From positions 1-64,000 of IMG/VR virus record IMGVR_UViG_3300024313_000004: 64,000 bases of DNA; one strand, 5' to 3'. Position numbers and translations under genes: made by a program. This stretch comes from a virus. The notes below the pieces were generated by a model that worked only from the letters and a program-made list of their open reading frames with translations, ran no database searches and had not been told where the DNA came from. The first letter of the stretch is position 1; each line of letters opens with the position of its first letter. Below are positions 55,206 through 64,000 of this stretch, one piece after another.

Positions 55206-55803
55206 ATGATAATATATCTTCGATTTTAGCATCCCTGATTAGAATCTTTGATAGATTAGTAGAATACTTATCAATTGATTCAAATATATCTTTCTTTGAG
55301 AAGAATCCGTTATATATTGTTTTTAATTCATTTTCATTCTGAATCATAATTTTTAAAAATAAGTTAGGTTGTAATCTGATGATAAATTTTTCAATATCAT
55401 CATCTTCTCTTAACTCTAAGATATAAGATTGTTCCATTTCGGGACCAAGGTTAAATTCTGATGGTAAAAATCCTAAATTTTTAATAAAATTAGTTACTAA
55501 AGAGTATTTCTTATAACGACATTTTAATTTAGTCTCTGTATCATAATATGAAAATCTAGATGGCATTCTATCAAACTCTTTAATTGTTCCTATATGATAT
55601 ACTTCACTTTCTAATATTTCCGATAAGAGAGAATCTCTTTTATCTTCTTTATCGTAAATATTATTTCTTTTTATGTAGTGTGATAGTTTCGTATCGAATA
55701 AAAAGTGTATTTCACCTGTATCTTTGCTTCTTTTCTCACATTCATCAATAAAGTATTGATCTATTTCAGATTTTTCATAAGTAAAGTTTTCTTCTTTATT
55801 CAT
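55204..55803 (-). CDS. Hypothetical protein
   Basis: KRDSLLSEILE and C-terminal IRDAKIEDILS motifs. Confidence 0.6.
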   Translation of the reverse strand: MNKEENFTYEKSEIDQYFIDECEKRSKDTGEIHFLFDTKLSHYIKRNNIYDKEDKRDSLLSEILESEVYHIGTIKEFDRMPSRFSYYDTETKLKCRYKKYSLVTNFIKNLGFLPSEFNLGPEMEQSYILELREDDDIEKFIIRLQPNLFLKIMIQNENELKTIYNGFFSKKDIFESIDKYSTNLSKILIRDAKIEDILS

Positions 55804-56036
55804 AAAAGTTGGTAATTTTTTTCATGGTCAAATCTTTCTTTTGAAAAATCTAATAATATTTTACATTTTTCAAACTCTTCAATACCCTCAAAATAGAATA
55901 TGATTCTATCAATAAAATCTTTGTCATATGGTTTTAAATTTGAGTCATAGTATTTACCAAGAGATATTCTTTCGAAGGTGTTATTCATTAAATAGCCGTA
56001 ACTATGTATAACAATTTTATCTATCATTTCCATCAT
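55800..56036 (-). CDS. Small protein with UVR-like helical hairpin
   Basis: YFEGIEEFEKCKILLD. Confidence 0.5.
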   Translation of the reverse strand: MMEMIDKIVIHSYGYLMNNTFERISLGKYYDSNLKPYDKDFIDRIIFYFEGIEEFEKCKILLDFSKERFDHEKNYQLL

Positions 56037-56659
56037 TTATTACTCTGTGTTTTTAAAAAAATTAATTCTTCTTTTGTTAGTTTATCCATACCAACTTTAT
56101 TTATTTTATCTAAAATAATGTCAATATCTAATCTTTTTTCATTTTCTTCAATTATTTCTTCAATATCAGATATTTCCTTTTTATTGAATTTAGTCATATC
56201 TATTTTTGGATATTTATCTTCGAATTCTTTTAATTTTGAATCAAGTTCAACTCTAGAAATTGTTACACCTAGTATATCAACTACATCATTTATTTCACTA
56301 CCAAATTTTTCATGAATCTTATTCATTAGATTATCATTAAAGTCTTTTTCTAATAAATCGGATGTATAGATGCATTTATTATCTTTAAAAATACAAACCA
56401 TTTCTTTGTCCATTAAATAAACAATATTTACCGAGCCGATTATATTTAAATCGGTCTCTAAAATTACGGTTTGATTAACTCTACTTAAAAAAGTTACTCT
56501 AGATTTAGATAGTTTTTTAAGTAAGTCATTAAATTTTTCCTTAGTTTCTTTTAATATTTTTATATCATTTCTATTTTTTTTTAAAATATCGATTTTAATC
56601 TTAAAAATGAAACCTAGTATAAAAAATAAAGTTGGTATAATTATATCTGTAATATTCAT
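56033..56659 (-). CDS. Membrane-anchored protein with C-terminal DUF6576-like domain
   Basis: N-terminal TM; IDIILDKINKVGMDKLTKEELIFL. Confidence 0.65.
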   Translation of the reverse strand: MNITDIIIPTLFFILGFIFKIKIDILKKNRNDIKILKETKEKFNDLLKKLSKSRVTFLSRVNQTVILETDLNIIGSVNIVYLMDKEMVCIFKDNKCIYTSDLLEKDFNDNLMNKIHEKFGSEINDVVDILGVTISRVELDSKLKEFEDKYPKIDMTKFNKKEISDIEEIIEENEKRLDIDIILDKINKVGMDKLTKEELIFLKTQSNK

Positions 56660-56661
56660 AG

Positions 56662-57849
56662 TTATATGTTATATATATTTTTCCTTATTTTGATTAGTAA
56701 ATCATTTAAAAAATTTTCATCCACCTTATCAGGGAGATTAGATTTTTCGAAAATTTCATCAATTTCAAGTATTTCTTTCTCAACTTGATCGATAAGAGTT
56801 TGTAAATCAATCTTACCTTTTCTGATGTCTATAAGTTCTTTTGCATTCTCTCTATATACATTTATGCCTTTACCTTCTCCGATCTCTCTCGCCATATCCA
56901 TCAGTCTTCGAGAATGCATCATATTCTTCCCATCGATTTTTTGACCGTGAGATTTAACATCAACCCATCTTGCATCATTTTTATTATCTAACCAATCTTG
57001 ATAAGATTTGAAATCTTTACAGTGTTCGGAATAACCATCTTTGTTATAAACAATATTACATATTGGTGTTTCACCTTTTGGGATAGAAGATAATCTAAGT
57101 GCATTCGATTCTGCAACGTTAACACCTTCACCGGTTTTAACTAAACCTTTGTAACCAAAACCTAATGTTAGATTAGATTCGGTTCTTAAAATCTTAGCAG
57201 ATTCTCTTAAATTATATGGTACCGACTCACTGAAACAATTATAAGAAATCTTATCAAAATAAACAGCATATAGATCTCTAGCATTTGGAACATTTACAAC
57301 ACCACAAAACTTTTCTTCAAAGCCCTTATCAGAGTTCCATTTTTTCCAAGGAATAGATTTAGATCCATCAATAACATAAACAAAATCAAGTATATCTTTA
57401 CGAGTTATTTTATCTTTCTCCCAGTTTTGTTTTTTGTTTTGACCTTTTGCCTTTTTTATTTGCATTTTCCCATAACCTCCGAAAGATTTTCCACAAACCT
57501 TAGTGATGAATTTATCTCGGTTTTCTAATATAAGATCGAAAATCGGATCTTTATAGATTATACAATCTTCGGGTGTGTTAAGTAGTTCTAGAACGGTTGG
57601 ATTATTAGTACCTAGTAATTGTAAAAATCTTTTAATTTCATAAATAACAATATCATTGCTATCATCATTTATTTGTTCTTTGTAATTGAATCCAAGTATA
57701 TCTTCTTTAGATTGTATGAATACACCTGCATAATCAGTATCGGATGTTTCGATATTAGTACCATATGCATGAGATCCTCTTATTACTAATAATAAGGGTT
57801 TAGCACCTGGTGATTTTTCTTCTATTAATTTTAATAAATCTTCTTTCAT
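56662..57849 (-). CDS. DNA polymerase beta-superfamily nucleotidyltransferase (RlaP-like)
   Basis: RGSHAYG...SDTDYAGV, NNPTVLELL, GYDGK-like KIDGKNMMHSRRL. Confidence 0.82.
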   Translation of the reverse strand: MKEDLLKLIEEKSPGAKPLLLVIRGSHAYGTNIETSDTDYAGVFIQSKEDILGFNYKEQINDDSNDIVIYEIKRFLQLLGTNNPTVLELLNTPEDCIIYKDPIFDLILENRDKFITKVCGKSFGGYGKMQIKKAKGQNKKQNWEKDKITRKDILDFVYVIDGSKSIPWKKWNSDKGFEEKFCGVVNVPNARDLYAVYFDKISYNCFSESVPYNLRESAKILRTESNLTLGFGYKGLVKTGEGVNVAESNALRLSSIPKGETPICNIVYNKDGYSEHCKDFKSYQDWLDNKNDARWVDVKSHGQKIDGKNMMHSRRLMDMAREIGEGKGINVYRENAKELIDIRKGKIDLQTLIDQVEKEILEIDEIFEKSNLPDKVDENFLNDLLIKIRKNIYNI

Positions 57850-57862
57850 ATATTATTTTCTA

Positions 57863-57870
57863 CAAATATA
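57863..57870 (-). promoter_or_regulatory. Bacteroidota -7 promoter element (TATATTTG)
   Basis: TTTTTAGTATATTTGTA upstream of the nucleotidyltransferase; same as at 1453. Confidence 0.6.
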
Positions 57871-57938
57871 CTAAAAAAGTAAGTAAATAAAAATAAAGCA
57901 CCAAGGAAATTTAATATATAACAAAAAAGAAGAATTAC

Positions 57939-59060
57939 ATGGCCACACAGAGTTACAATACCGGTAATGATTTATATGATTTATATGGAAATCCAAATGT
58001 TGTTGCAGATTATAGGTTTATAACTGATTTACTGGATAATATTCCGGACAATACCGCGAATTTAATTGATGCGAGTGATGTTAGAGATGCGGTTTGGACT
58101 CTTTGGAGTAGACTTGATGAAGTTATTATTGGTTTATCATCTTCAGGTACATTTTCTGCTAATGTTAACTATGATAGAACTAGATTATCTAGTGCACCGG
58201 CTGTTGGTGGCGTACCAACTGGCTCTACTTTTAGTGGAAGTATACAAGATGTTTTAGATAGAATATTTTATCCATATTCACCACCAACTTGTTCTTTGAG
58301 TGGTGGTGGTACGAGAGAGTTTGGTTCATCAACTTTAGTAACTTTGAATTTTACTCTTAATAAAAATGAAAAACCTATTAATACAGCTTCGATGCAATTA
58401 CTTGGTGGTGTAACACAATTAATAACACCATTACCATCAGTTATAACACAACCTGATACGATACCTGCAACGTTTGGTCCTAGTACTTTATCAACAACTC
58501 CTGCATCAGTAGTTACTTATGCAACACATAGTGCAACACCAACTTCTACAAGTTCGGTGAATACATATACTTTGAATGTTGGAGATGGTACGAGTACTGC
58601 GAGTGGTTCCACTTCGGTTACTTGGATGAATAGAATATATTATGGTACTATAAATCTTAATACATTACCATCAAATCCAAATCCAGATTTGAATATTAGA
58701 CCAGATGGATCTAATTCTGGACAAGTTGCAACCTCAATAGTTCAAATAGATTCTTTTATAACAGATTCTATAATAAGAACAACAACAGTAACAAGTATTA
58801 GACCAATAGTTAATAGACCATTGTCAACTACGAGAGTATTAACACTTACTGATTTTGATGCTGGTGGCAACTATCTATTTTTTGCATGGCCTACGATATT
58901 TGGAACACCTGTATTTAAAATTAATGGATTGACAAATACATCTTTTACAAAGGTTAAAAGTAATTTTGTATTTACAAATAGTTTAGGTTTTTCGGGTGTT
59001 AATTATGATGTTTGGATTAGTAATACTTCTTATGGAACATCAACTATAAATATAAGTTAA
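57939..59060 (+). CDS. Tail-fibre-associated structural protein (Thr/Ser-rich, Ig-like)
   Basis: IQDVLDRIFYPY, RIYYG, YLFFAWP..FGTP.F, YDVWIS; upstream of the fibre gene. Confidence 0.55.
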   Translation: MATQSYNTGNDLYDLYGNPNVVADYRFITDLLDNIPDNTANLIDASDVRDAVWTLWSRLDEVIIGLSSSGTFSANVNYDRTRLSSAPAVGGVPTGSTFSGSIQDVLDRIFYPYSPPTCSLSGGGTREFGSSTLVTLNFTLNKNEKPINTASMQLLGGVTQLITPLPSVITQPDTIPATFGPSTLSTTPASVVTYATHSATPTSTSSVNTYTLNVGDGTSTASGSTSVTWMNRIYYGTINLNTLPSNPNPDLNIRPDGSNSGQVATSIVQIDSFITDSIIRTTTVTSIRPIVNRPLSTTRVLTLTDFDAGGNYLFFAWPTIFGTPVFKINGLTNTSFTKVKSNFVFTNSLGFSGVNYDVWISNTSYGTSTINIS

Positions 59061-59077
59061 AAATTAAAAAATAGAAT

Positions 59078-62062
59078 ATGGCTCAGAATATAGGAACATT
59101 AGTAGGTTCTGCAATAAGACCGATAGATAGTACAATGCCAATTGCATCAGCATTTGCATTTGAAATAAATGGTGGACACCATCAGGTTGGTACTTTAGTT
59201 GATAGAAATAATATAATGGTTCAGAGAAGGCAATGGGGTATGTTATGTACGGTTTATAATGACTCTGTTAACAATGGAACATATCAACTTAAATATGGTT
59301 ATAGTAGTACAGATTCAATGGATAATAGTAATTGGGTTTTATTTGGTGGTGGATCTGTCGGATCTGGAGTTTCCAATTGGAATGATCCTGTTATATCAAT
59401 TTCCACGACACCACCTACATATCCAGTTGATGGTGATAGATACCTTGTTGGTAAAAGTTCGACGGCTTCTTTAAGTGGTATATTTTCTAGTTTAACTAAT
59501 ACAGGATATGTTGGGAATCTAGTTGGTGGATATATTGCTGAATATAAAGATGCACTTAGTGGTTGGGAAACAACTCTACCTACTAATGGGATGACTATAA
59601 GAGTTAATAATGATGATAATTCATTTTATAGATATGAGGGAACATATTCGACTGGTCAATGGTATAAGGAAAGAGTTAATCAAGTTAGATCATTATTTGC
59701 AACAAGTGTTAATAAAATAGATTATACGGTAAGTACTGGTGACTTCTTCACATATTCAACCGAAGTAGTTTATTTGGTACAATTTGCAACTGCTAATTCA
59801 GGTGGTACTGCGTCTATAAATATCAATAGTTTGGGTACTAAGAATATGAAAAAGCAAACATCTACTGGAATTGTTGATTTGGATGCAAATGATTTAAATA
59901 CTACAGGTTTTTATCAACTCATATATGATGGTACATATTTTCGAGTAAATATTATAGGTGGTTCTAATACCGGTTCATCGTCTTTGAAGTATAAAATTGT
60001 CGAGGATGAAAGGATTGTTGTGCCTGCAAACTCTGAATATCTTTTATATGGTGATCTTGAGGTTAATGGTGTTTTAGATATTAGTTCAACAGGAAAAGTT
60101 GTTATAATAAACGGTGCATTAAATGTTAATGGTGGTACTGTTTCTAATTCTGCGAATGTATCATTAATTACTTTACCTACTTCATTAACAAGTGGGACTT
60201 CGGGAACAAGTGGGACTTCGGGAACAAGTGGGACTTCGGGAACAAGTGGGACTTCGGGAACAAGTGGTATAGCAGGTGATAGATATTTAACATTTACAAA
60301 TTCAAATCTAACAATAACAGATGTATTTGATACGATTTTATCATTTACTATAGAAACCGGATTTGCATATTCTATAAATCAATCTATAATAGTCACTCTA
60401 TCGTTAGGAAATTATATGGAGGCTATAGTAACAAGTTATGACTCTGGAACAGGTGCAATGACCGCAAAGGTTATAAATGGATATGGTAGTGGGAGTGGTA
60501 CAGGACCTTGGATTATAAATCTTGATGGTGCATCTGGTGGAGATGGAACTTCAGGAATTGATGGAACAAGTGGAACCTCGGGAATTGACGGAACTTCTGG
60601 AACAAGTGGAACCTCAGGAATTGATGGAGCTTCTGGAACAAGTGGAACTTCAGGAATTGATGGGGCTTCTGGAACAAGTGGAACCTCAGGAATTGATGGA
60701 GCTTCCGGAACAAGTGGAACTTCAGGAATTGATGGAGCTTCCGGAACAAGTGGAACTTCAGGAATTGACGGAACTTCTGGAACAAGTGGAACTTCTGGAA
60801 CAAGTGGAACCTCAGGAATTGATGGAGCTTCTGGAACAAGTGGAACTTCAGGAATTGATGGAGCTTCCGGAACAAGTGGAACCTCAGGAATTGACGGAAC
60901 TTCTGGGACAAGTGGAACCTCAGGAATTGACGGAACTTCTGGGACAAGTGGAACCTCAGGAACTTCTGGAACAAGTGGAACCTCAGGAATTGACGGAACT
61001 TCTGGGACAAGTGGAACTTCTGGAACAAGTGGAACCTCAGGAATTGACGGAACTTCTGGAACAAGTGGAATAACTTGGAATGGTGGAACGGTATCTAACC
61101 CAGTCTTCTTCACAAACACGGTTAGTTTAAATGGGTCGGTTGTTGGTGATATAGAATACCTCACGGATTATTCATCAACTTATACAAACAGAAGTTTAGT
61201 TGATAAAGAATATGTTGATACAAATATTTTATTCGAAACTGGTGGTGGATTAAACTCAACACAAAGAAAGAGTTTTGGAAATGCATTAGGTGCAAAGTCG
61301 TTCGCGTTGGGTACTGGAAACACAGCATCTGGTGAAAACTCTTCTATTCTTGGAGGACAAAATAATATTGTTAGTGGATTAAATGGTATTATATTAGGTG
61401 GTCAAATAAATAATGTTACAAATCAAGAAGGGTCTATCATTGGTGGTAATAATAACTCAGTTACAGCAAATAGGTCATCTATTTTAGGTGGTCGTGAGAA
61501 TGAGATAACTCAATCTGATGGTGTTATAATTGGTGGTATATTTAATACTGTTAGTGGTGCTAATTCAGTTATTATTGGTGGAACTGGAAGTTTCGTCAAT
61601 GGTATCAACTCTGTAATCATTGGTGGTGTGGGACTTACAAATAGTGTAAATAATACGGTTATGGTTCCAGATTTAAATGTTCAAGGTGGGGCATATGTAA
61701 ATAATAATTTAGATGTTGATGGACAAATATCAGTAGGAACAAGTTATTCGAACGCATTCACATCCAACACATTTAACTTTGACTGTGACCAAGGGATGGT
61801 GCAACATGTAGATGCACAAGGTATGTCAGCGAATGGTACTATCACTTTTAGTAATCAAAAAGAAGGTAGTACATATACATTATTATTCGTACAAGGAAGT
61901 GGTACATATGATGTAGTTTTACCAAGTGGTTATTGGTTAAACGATACAGCACCATTTGACTTTTCAACTGAGTTAGTCGATGATGAGAGAGCAATAATTA
62001 CAGCAACCTATATATTTAATGCTTGGTACTTTGCTGTTAAAAAAGTAACTTATGTTGCATGA
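59078..62062 (+). CDS. Long tail fibre: DUF2793-like domain, collagen-like GTS repeats, beta-helix head
   Basis: [13 protein letters not shown]; (GTS/GID/GAS)n; [18 protein letters not shown]-type repeats. Confidence 0.75.
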   Translation: MAQNIGTLVGSAIRPIDSTMPIASAFAFEINGGHHQVGTLVDRNNIMVQRRQWGMLCTVYNDSVNNGTYQLKYGYSSTDSMDNSNWVLFGGGSVGSGVSNWNDPVISISTTPPTYPVDGDRYLVGKSSTASLSGIFSSLTNTGYVGNLVGGYIAEYKDALSGWETTLPTNGMTIRVNNDDNSFYRYEGTYSTGQWYKERVNQVRSLFATSVNKIDYTVSTGDFFTYSTEVVYLVQFATANSGGTASININSLGTKNMKKQTSTGIVDLDANDLNTTGFYQLIYDGTYFRVNIIGGSNTGSSSLKYKIVEDERIVVPANSEYLLYGDLEVNGVLDISSTGKVVIINGALNVNGGTVSNSANVSLITLPTSLTSGTSGTSGTSGTSGTSGTSGTSGTSGIAGDRYLTFTNSNLTITDVFDTILSFTIETGFAYSINQSIIVTLSLGNYMEAIVTSYDSGTGAMTAKVINGYGSGSGTGPWIINLDGASGGDGTSGIDGTSGTSGIDGTSGTSGTSGIDGASGTSGTSGIDGASGTSGTSGIDGASGTSGTSGIDGASGTSGTSGIDGTSGTSGTSGTSGTSGIDGASGTSGTSGIDGASGTSGTSGIDGTSGTSGTSGIDGTSGTSGTSGTSGTSGTSGIDGTSGTSGTSGTSGTSGIDGTSGTSGITWNGGTVSNPVFFTNTVSLNGSVVGDIEYLTDYSSTYTNRSLVDKEYVDTNILFETGGGLNSTQRKSFGNALGAKSFALGTGNTASGENSSILGGQNNIVSGLNGIILGGQINNVTNQEGSIIGGNNNSVTANRSSILGGRENEITQSDGVIIGGIFNTVSGANSVIIGGTGSFVNGINSVIIGGVGLTNSVNNTVMVPDLNVQGGAYVNNNLDVDGQISVGTSYSNAFTSNTFNFDCDQGMVQHVDAQGMSANGTITFSNQKEGSTYTLLFVQGSGTYDVVLPSGYWLNDTAPFDFSTELVDDERAIITATYIFNAWYFAVKKVTYVA
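60188..60267 (+). repeat. Coding tandem repeat, 18 bp x 4.4
   Basis: acaagtgggacttcggga repeated perfectly four times (TSGTSG). Confidence 0.9.
60541..61070 (+). repeat. Coding tandem repeat of 9/27/36-bp units ([12 protein letters not shown])
   Basis: ggaacaagtggaac(c/t)tcaggaattga(t/c)gg(a/g)(g/a)cttc(t/c) units. Confidence 0.9.
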
Positions 62063-62669
62063 TAAATAGTATATTACCTGGAATTATAGGACAATTACAA
62101 TCAACACCTTGGTGTTCTCCAATAGTTGGAACAACTTGGGACACTACCGTAGGGACTTCTAATAATTCATTCTCCCTGCTTATGGTTTATATGATTACTC
62201 ACAGAGTATGATGATTTTTAAACAATCTGAAATAGGTTCTGGAGAAAAGCAAATAAATTCAATATCATTCCAACTTAGTAATTATTCAGGTGGTTATACT
62301 ATGAATACTCAAGTAATAAAATTAGCACACATAACAGATAGTCAATTCGGAACTTCTGTAAAAAGTGATTTGACAGGTATTGGTGGGTTGGCCGACTTAA
62401 CAACGGTAAAAAGTTTTAATTGGTCAACTTCAAATGGTTGGGTTACATTTACTTTTGATGATAATTTTTGCTATAATGGAGTTGACAACTTAATGGTTGT
62501 GTGGGAAAACAGAGATGGTAGTTGGGAAAGTGGCTACGGATGGGCTGAATCTCATACTACAGGAGGAGAGTTTTTATCGTGGTATGTATATCAAGATAAT
62601 ACCTACCCAACTAGTGAATTTGGTACAAGAAGTTCTGCTAGTAGAGCTAATACAAGATTAGGTTATTAA
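62059..62669 (+). pseudogene. Tail-tip/adhesin beta-sandwich gene with a 1-nt frameshift near 62173
   Basis: ATG 62059 overlaps the fibre TGA and gives [13 protein letters not shown]...SNNSFS, stopping at 62211; the homologous continuation PAYGLYDYSQSMMIF... is in the -1 frame. Confidence 0.7.
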
Positions 62670-62685
62670 AAAATAAATAGATAAA

Positions 62686-62904
62686 ATGATAGATTTAGTA
62701 GGTTTAATAAATGATTTATCGACAAACGGTGTTGTTGATTTAATAGGTGAGAATAACACACTTTCTTATATTTTAGTAATGAGTGATGTTACTGAAATAA
62801 CTGTTGTAGAAAATATATTAGAAAGTTATATAATAACAAAATATCCAAATAGAGTTACATCGACATTGGTGGATGGTATCTATAAGGCCCAATATGATAA
62901 ATAA
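62686..62904 (+). CDS. Small tail-fibre-associated protein, paralogue of 26886..27110
   Basis: Shared pattern ending (I/V)..Y.I..Y....L.GG/DG..KA.Y.K. Confidence 0.65.
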   Translation: MIDLVGLINDLSTNGVVDLIGENNTLSYILVMSDVTEITVVENILESYIITKYPNRVTSTLVDGIYKAQYDK

Positions 62905-62954
62905 AGAAGTGTAATATCGATAATGATTATATTAATCAAAAATTCGTACTAATA

Positions 62955-63221
62955 TTATTTTATTATTTTTATTATATTTTCTAATGAAAATCCATCTAAT
63001 GGTTTTCCTCCATTTTTAAGATATTCTCCATAGATGTTATTATAATCATCTATAGTATAAAACTTTGAATCTATATCACAGAATATAACATTTGTGTCAT
63101 GTGACGTGATGGTTTTATTTTGTAATCTAGTTTCACCATAACCAGGTCCTATTGGTCCGATAAGTTCGGTTCCATTTACTTCTTCTTTAATGAAGTCGTT
63201 AAATCTTTTAATTATCATCAT
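62955..63221 (-). CDS. Hypothetical protein with capsid-targeting-like N-terminus
   Basis: MMIIKRFNDFIKEE. Confidence 0.6.
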   Translation of the reverse strand: MMIIKRFNDFIKEEVNGTELIGPIGPGYGETRLQNKTITSHDTNVIFCDIDSKFYTIDDYNNIYGEYLKNGGKPLDGFSLENIIKIIK

Positions 63222-63702
63222 CGTTACTAACTTCTATTTTTTCAAAATATTCATCTTGTTCTTGTAATGAATATTCTCTTTTTTTATTATTAAAAATTAT
63301 ATTGTATAAGAATCTATCTTCTAATTCATGTTTTTCATCACCTTTCATGTATATGGTACAAACATCCTCTTCAAATATATTTTCAACTCTTATTATCTCC
63401 AATCCAAATTTGCCATATTTATCATTTAGGTCACATATAACTTTTTTCTTTTCTGAAAGAAGTTCCTTTAACTTTGAAAAGGTTGAGTTCTTTGATAGAT
63501 ACATAAAGTCCTTTGAGTTTTTATCATTAAAATCTTTGGTTTCTTTATATAAATTTAAAAAACCTATTTCCTTATTGGTTAATCCTTTATTATTATCAAC
63601 CTTATCTAATATTCTATTTAACTCAATCTCTTTCATAGATTTGCCAAATATATAATATTTTATGAGTTTTTTAATCTTCATACTATCTCTATTTTCTATC
63701 AT
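63208..63702 (-). CDS. Protein with divergent DUF6576-like helix pair
   Basis: LNRILDKVDNNKGLTNKEIGFL. Confidence 0.55.
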   Translation of the reverse strand: MIENRDSMKIKKLIKYYIFGKSMKEIELNRILDKVDNNKGLTNKEIGFLNLYKETKDFNDKNSKDFMYLSKNSTFSKLKELLSEKKKVICDLNDKYGKFGLEIIRVENIFEEDVCTIYMKGDEKHELEDRFLYNIIFNNKKREYSLQEQDEYFEKIEVSNDDDN

Positions 63703-63766
63703 ATATATTAATAAGTGTAAATGATTTTTTTATATATAGTTTATATACTAAAATTTATAGTAGGAA

Positions 63767-64000
63767 ATGGATCAAAAGTTATTAAATGCATTAAATAATC
63801 TATCAGAGGCACTTCAGGAGATATCGGATGCTCTTAAAAGTAAAGGTGGTAATTCCGCAACTGCTAACGCATTACAAAGTGGTGACTTTATTTCTGAGAT
63901 AAAGGAAATAAGTGTTGGTATAAAACAACTTCAAATTGATAATAAAAAGATATTAAAGAATCAAGAGACTATAATACAACTTTCTAAAAAGGCCGCGGGT
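63767..64000 (+). CDS. N-terminus of a helical protein (possible tape measure), truncated by window edge
   Basis: MDQKLLNALNNLSEALQEISDALKSKGG...; open to 64000; absent from the track. Confidence 0.45.
   Translation, partial: MDQKLLNALNNLSEALQEISDALKSKGGNSATANALQSGDFISEIKEISVGIKQLQIDNKKILKNQETIIQLSKKAAG

Noticed and set aside
60188-61164. CRISPR array, or real genes for the repeat ORFs 60436..61164(-), 60513..61064(-), 60522..61073(+)
   Set aside because: No unique spacers; repeats are in-frame GTS codons of the fibre gene and the other ORFs are shadows.
3329-63655. Numerous antisense ORFs in the track (for example 3329, 4301, 9042, 13595, 18261, 20763, 25724, 30351, 56004, 63302)
   Set aside because: Fully overlap better-supported genes on the other strand and have the Ser/Phe/Ile-rich composition typical of shadow frames.
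1-64000. Genome-wide stop-codon reassignment
   Set aside because: Long conserved genes are intact in code 11, and TAG, TGA and TAA all terminate clear genes (for example 46119, 33341, 62062).
1-64000. tRNA or rRNA genes
   Set aside because: No cloverleaf or T-loop GTTCRA context or rRNA-like segment seen; intergenic spaces are short and AT-rich. tRNAscan-SE was not run.

Overview
Gene-dense, very AT-rich window from a large T4-like (contractile-tailed, probably jumbo) bacteriophage. The host is probably a Bacteroidota, judged from TAnnTTTG promoters, A-rich leaders without Shine-Dalgarno sites, and Bacteroidota-type ClpP and M42 peptidase. Genetic code 11. The window holds a baseplate/tail block (about 13-26 kb); replication genes (UvsW, primase, C-terminal half of a family-B DNA polymerase, sliding clamp, UvsY); several peptidoglycan enzymes; host-like auxiliary genes (ClpP, FKBP/SlyD, M42 peptidase, aminotransferase); Gly-Thr-Ser collagen-like tail fibres; and over 20 genes sharing a T4 capsid-targeting-like N-terminal peptide. 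Four observations stand out. (1) A 40-nt, stop-containing, GC-rich hairpin interrupts polymerase motif B, an arrangement resembling T4 gene 60 translational bypassing. (2) uvsW is fractured at a Hint-like remnant, and the gap holds a decayed endonuclease-like gene and a spare tail-fibre-tip cassette whose paralogue at 62 kb is frameshifted. (3) One L,D-transpeptidase-like domain is split between the gp5-like hub gene and the next, in-frame gene. (4) A DNA adenine methyltransferase is packaged like an integron cassette. All family assignments come from motif recognition by eye; no database searches were run.
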